Origin: an uncultured delta proteobacterium
GTDB taxonomy: Bacteria; Desulfobacterota; Binatia; UTPRO1
DNA length: 64,000 nucleotides
Assembly (NCBI GenBank): GCA_963761995.1
Contig: CAVXIU010000006.1
Location: forward strand, 4,697,633 to 4,761,632
Direction: 5' to 3'
A model generated the notes under the pieces. That model was not told the DNA's origin and made no database searches. It saw nothing but the letters and a program-made list of their open reading frames with translations. This document shows positions 57,896 to 64,000 of this stretch, piece by piece. The first letter of the stretch is position 1, and every line of letters begins with the position of its first letter. The translations under genes and the position numbers were made by a program.

Positions 57896-59009
57896 CTAGA
57901 AGAGGAAGCGGCGCATGTTGACGTTGATGATGAGGCCGACGGCCAGCATCATCGTCGTCAGGGACGACCCGCCGTAGCTGAAGAACGGCAGCGTGATCCC
58001 GACCACCGGCAGGATGCCCGATGTCATGCCGACGTTGATCACCACCTGCCAGAAGACGATCGACACCACCCCGAACACGAGCAGCGCCCCGAAGCGGTCC
58101 TTGGCGCGGTTCGCCACCATGAGGCCGCGCACCACCAGCGCCGCGTAGAGGCCGAGCAGCACGAGCGCGCCCACGTAGCCCCACTCCTCGGCGAAGACCG
58201 AGAAGATGAAGTCGGTGTGCTGCTCGGGAATGAAGTTCAGCTTGTTCTGGGTGCCGTGCAGGAAACCCTTGCCCCAGAACATGCCGGAGCCGATCGCGAT
58301 CTTGGACTGGATGACGTGATAGCCGGCGCCGAGCGGATCCATCTCGGGCGAGAGGAAGGTGAGCACCCGTTGCTGCTGGTAGGGCTTGAGGTGGCCCCAG
58401 AGGAGCGGCACCGCGGCGGCGCCGATGGCGCCCAGCATGAGGAACACCCGCATGCGGAGCCCGGCGCAGAAGAGCACGCTGAAGGCGACGATCGCGATCA
58501 CCCCGACGGTCCCGAGGTCGGGCTGCACCAGGATCGAGCGCGGCCGGCACGGCCAGCATGAGAAAGGCCGGAATGGCGTCGACCAGGCGGACGTTGCCGG
58601 TCGATTGGGCGCGATGGAAGTAGCGCGCCAGCGCGATCACCAGCGCGACCTTGACCATCTCGGAGGGCTGGAGCGACACCGGCCCGAGGTCGATCCAGCG
58701 CCGCGCTCCGCCGCCGACGCTCCCCACCAGCGGCACCGCGATCAGCAGCATCAGGGTCGCGGCGTAGAGCACGTAGGCGTAGCGCTCCAGGCGGCGATAG
58801 TCGACGAGGACGATCGCCAGCATGCCGACGAAGCCGACCCCGGCGTAGAACGCCTGCCGCATGACGAGCGGGTTGTTGGTGAAACCGGTGTGCACCCGCG
58901 CCTCGGTGGCGCTGAAGATGGTGGCGAGGCCGCCACCGATGATGATCAGCGTCACGCCCAAGAGCAGCCAGTCGAAGTGATAGGCGAGCCGGCGGTCGAA
59001 CTGTCGCAT
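57896..59009 (-). CDS. rodA: peptidoglycan glycosyltransferase RodA (SEDS family), interrupted by a frameshift near 58535
   Basis: The N-terminal half (MRQFDRRLAYHFDWLLLGVTLIIIGGGLATIFSA...LMLAVPAAL) is in the frame of the large listed ORF. The C-terminal half (QPDLGTVGVIAIVAF...GILPVVGITLPFFSYGGSSLTTMMLAVGLIINVNMRR) is ORF 57896..58528. The frames join at gcgctcGatcctg. The rodA start lies 3 nt after the mrdA stop. Confidence 0.75.
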
Positions 59010-59011
59010 CG

Positions 59012-60934
59012 TTACCGACCCGCCTCCAACGCCGACAGACGGAGCGCCATCCCCGGCTCGTCGTGCTCGGGCACGAACCCTGCGACCTTCTTCAGCGTCG
59101 CTGGATCGTCGGCCGGAATCCCGAAGTAGTGGGCCAGCACCTTGCGGGCGATCGGCGCGGCGGCCGTGCCGCCGTGCTCGCCGGCGTGCTCGGCGAGCAC
59201 GGCGATCGCGATCTCGGGGTTGTCGACGGGCGCGAAGGCGATGAACCACGCGTGATCGCGCTTCTCGCGCGCCCAGCCGCGTTGACTCGACTTGTCGCCG
59301 CCGGCGCGGCTCGCCTGAGCGGTGCCGGTCTTGCCGCCGACCTCGACGTCGTGCAGGCGCGCGCTGCCGCCGGTGCCGCGCTTGCTGTTGACGACGTCCG
59401 ACAACGCCTCGCGGATCTGCAGCAGCGTGCTCTTCTTGAAGCCGACGTTGCGCACCACCTCGGGCTGCTCCTCGAGCATGCTGGCGCCGTCCGTGCCTTC
59501 GACGCGCTTCACGAAGTTCGGACGATAGACGACGCCGCCGTTGGCTATGGTCGCCATCACGCTCGCCATCTGGAGCGGCGTCGTCGTCACGTAGCCCTGT
59601 CCGATCGAGATCGAGAGCGTCTCGCCGGGGTACCAGGGCTCGCCGAAGCGCTGCCGCTTCCACTCGCTCGAGGGGATGATGCCGCCGCTCTCGTGCTCGA
59701 GCGTGATGCCGGTGGGGGCCCCGAGCCCGAAGCGGTGGGAGTACTCCGCAATGGTGTCGACACCGAGGCGTTGGCCCACCTGGTAGAAGAACACGTCGCA
59801 CGAGCGCACCAGGGCCTCGTGCACGTTGACGGAACCGTGCCCCTGCGTGCGCCAGCAGCGGAACGTGCGGTTGCCGAAGAAGAGGCCGCCGCCGCAGTGG
59901 ATGCTGGTGAACGGCGTGATGACGCCCTCCTCGAGGGCGGCGGCCGCCATCACCACCTTGTAGGTCGAGCCGGGCGGGTAGGTTCCCTGGACGCTCTTGC
60001 TGTTGAGCGGGCGCTTGCGGTCGTCGACCAGCGCCTTCCATTCGGCAGTCCGGATGCCGCGGGCGAAGACGTTGGGGTCGAAGGCCGGCCGGCTCACCAT
60101 CGCGAGGATCTCGCCGGTCCGTGGGTCGAGGGCCACGACCGACCCCTCCTTGCCGCGCATCGCCTCCTCGGCGGTCGCCTGCAGGTCGCGATCGATGGTG
60201 AGCACGAGGCTGTTGCCGGGCGTCTCGTCGACCTCCGAGAGCACCCGGAGCTTCCGGCCGACGGAGTCGACCTCGACCTGCTGGCCGCCGTCGACGCCGC
60301 GCAGATAGTCCTCCCAGTAGCGCTCGGCGCCGGCCTTCCCGATCAGGTCGCCGAGGTGATACCCGCGCCGCGTCTCGCGCTCGTGCTGGTTGACCTCGCC
60401 GACGTAGCCGAGGAGATGCGCCGCCATCTCGCCGAACGGATAGGTCCGGCGCGGACCGACCTGCACCGAGACGCCGGGGAGCTCGAATTGGTGGGTCTCG
60501 ATCTTGACGATGCGCTCCCAGTCGAGGTCGCGCACCAGCACCACGTCCTCGAAGGGCGGGCGGTTGCGGGCGGCGGCGACGATCGCCGAGAGGTCGCCGA
60601 CCTCCGGGCCGAGCAAGCGGGTGAGGGACGCGATGGTCCCGGGCACGTCGTGGGTGTCCTCGGGGACGAGGACGAGATCGAACGACGGACGGTTGTCGAC
60701 GAGGACGTTGCCGTGCCGATCGAGGATGGTGCCGCGCGTGGCCCGCACCCGCTTCAATCGAATGCGGTTGTGCTCGGAGAGCGACCGGTACTGCTCGCCG
60801 TCGCTCACCTGCATGTGCCAGAGCCGCAGGAAGGTGAGGCCGAAGAGCGCGACCACCACGCCGAACGCCACCGCCAGCCGCCGGCGAAACTCGCTCGGCA
60901 CCTCGCGGCGGGTGGTCAGGAGCGAGGACGCCAT
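59012..60934 (-). CDS. mrdA: penicillin-binding protein 2 (elongasome transpeptidase)
   Basis: 640 aa. TM anchor, ...GTYPPGSTYKV (SxxK)...SCDVFFY... (SxN)...KTGTAQ (KTG). Confidence 0.85.
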   Translation of the reverse strand: MASSLLTTRREVPSEFRRRLAVAFGVVVALFGLTFLRLWHMQVSDGEQYRSLSEHNRIRLKRVRATRGTILDRHGNVLVDNRPSFDLVLVPEDTHDVPGTIASLTRLLGPEVGDLSAIVAAARNRPPFEDVVLVRDLDWERIVKIETHQFELPGVSVQVGPRRTYPFGEMAAHLLGYVGEVNQHERETRRGYHLGDLIGKAGAERYWEDYLRGVDGGQQVEVDSVGRKLRVLSEVDETPGNSLVLTIDRDLQATAEEAMRGKEGSVVALDPRTGEILAMVSRPAFDPNVFARGIRTAEWKALVDDRKRPLNSKSVQGTYPPGSTYKVVMAAAALEEGVITPFTSIHCGGGLFFGNRTFRCWRTQGHGSVNVHEALVRSCDVFFYQVGQRLGVDTIAEYSHRFGLGAPTGITLEHESGGIIPSSEWKRQRFGEPWYPGETLSISIGQGYVTTTPLQMASVMATIANGGVVYRPNFVKRVEGTDGASMLEEQPEVVRNVGFKKSTLLQIREALSDVVNSKRGTGGSARLHDVEVGGKTGTAQASRAGGDKSSQRGWAREKRDHAWFIAFAPVDNPEIAIAVLAEHAGEHGGTAAAPIARKVLAHYFGIPADDPATLKKVAGFVPEHDEPGMALRLSALEAGR

Positions 60935-60935
60935 C

Positions 60936-63519
<2,584 letters not shown>

Positions 63520-63651
63520 TCAGCACGGATAGGAACGACCCCCGCCCCTCCCAACTGCGTCGAGTTTGATAGCGGAATCGGCCCAATAGGGCAAGATTAC
63601 GGAGCAACTTCGCGTTGCGTTCGACCCCTCTCTTCACTAGAGTCGCGCGCC

Positions 63652-64000
63652 ATGCTCGGGTTCATGCGCAAGCATTCGCGCTCCACCTTCATCAAGATCA
63701 TCTTCACGGCGATCATCATCGTGTTCTTGTTCTGGGGGGTGGGAATCATGGTCGCCGGAGGCGACCGCGTCAACGTCGCCGCCACGGTGGATGGCGAGCC
63801 GATCAGCGTCCAGACCTACGCGCGGGCGCACGAGCGGATGGAGCGGGTCTACCGCGAGCTCTACCGCGACAACCTGAGCTCGGCGATCCTGGCGCAGCTG
63901 AACCTCGGGCAGCGGGCCTTGGACGACCTGGTCATCGAGACGCTGCTCCGGCGCGAGGCCGAGCGCCTCGGCCTCCAGGTCACCGACGACGAGGTCCGCG
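63652..64000 (+). CDS. PpiD/SurA-like periplasmic chaperone (peptidyl-prolyl isomerase D family), N-terminal part; continues beyond window
   Basis: Hand translation: MLGFMRKHSRSTFIKIIFTAIIIVFLFWGVGIMVAGG...VAATVDGEPISVQTYARAHERMERVYRELYRDNLSSAILAQLNLGQRALDDLVIETLLRREAERLGLQVTDDEVR has the typical PpiD N-terminus. Not in the ORF track because it runs off the edge. Confidence 0.55.
   Translation, partial: MLGFMRKHSRSTFIKIIFTAIIIVFLFWGVGIMVAGGDRVNVAATVDGEPISVQTYARAHERMERVYRELYRDNLSSAILAQLNLGQRALDDLVIETLLRREAERLGLQVTDDEVR

Noticed and set aside
56100-60041. 1313-aa minus-strand ORF
   Set aside because: A long open frame in high-GC DNA. Only a ~160-aa internal stretch (RodA N-terminal half) is real coding. 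The rest is out of frame with mrdA and the porin gene.

Overview
This is a 64 kb, roughly 70% GC, gene-dense chromosomal segment, coding on both strands. Its content (Myxococcus-type Cys-rich repeat, SBBP and BNR beta-propeller giants, DUF1566 and DUF4394 families, several class III nucleotidyl cyclases, ECF sigma/anti-sigma, F420-type LLM oxidoreductase) suggests a Myxococcota-like or related high-GC Gram-negative bacterium; this placement is an inference.

Gene order, left to right:
- A GAF/coiled-coil protein that runs off the left edge.
- A HEAT-repeat protein, a retropepsin-like aspartic protease and tRNA-Leu(CAA).
- An alpha/beta-hydrolase-cyclase fusion and a SAM methyltransferase.
- A BNR-propeller/Cys-rich secreted protein.
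- A hybrid histidine kinase, a 1,098-aa SBBP-repeat secreted protein and a receiver-only response regulator, all co-directional.
- A GST, three secreted DUF1566 paralogs flanking a FAD monooxygenase, and an HTH-cyclase.
- A 909-aa secreted alpha/beta hydrolase.
- A GT2, an LmbE-like deacetylase, a cupin-cyclase, an exosortase-family pair and a GNAT.
- A flotillin-like protein, an SDR, a LysR regulator and a split transketolase.
- A diheme cytochrome c-rhodanese fusion and an RlmC-like methyltransferase.
- A TetR regulator, a carotenoid-cleavage-type dioxygenase, an HxlR regulator, a CMD protein, an LLM oxidoreductase and an SRPBCC protein.
- A secreted lipase with a membrane-anchored partner, and an OmpA lipoprotein.
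- A nitroreductase, an enoyl-CoA hydratase, an acyl-CoA dehydrogenase and thioredoxin.
- Two DUF4394 paralogs followed by an ECF sigma/anti-sigma pair.
- A pair of inverted ~200-bp noncoding repeats.
- An outer-membrane beta-barrel protein.
- The cell-shape cluster mreB-mreC-mreD-mrdA-rodA on the minus strand.
- A PpiD-like gene that starts just before the right edge.

At least eight +/-1 frameshifts break otherwise intact genes (mreB three times, rodA, the histidine kinase, flotillin, the diheme cytochrome), which argues for sequencing indels rather than pseudogenes. No CRISPR array, integrase or recognisable defence system is present.

The large antisense ORFs in the six-frame track are high-GC shadow ORFs. 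The track also omits ORFs that run off the window edges.
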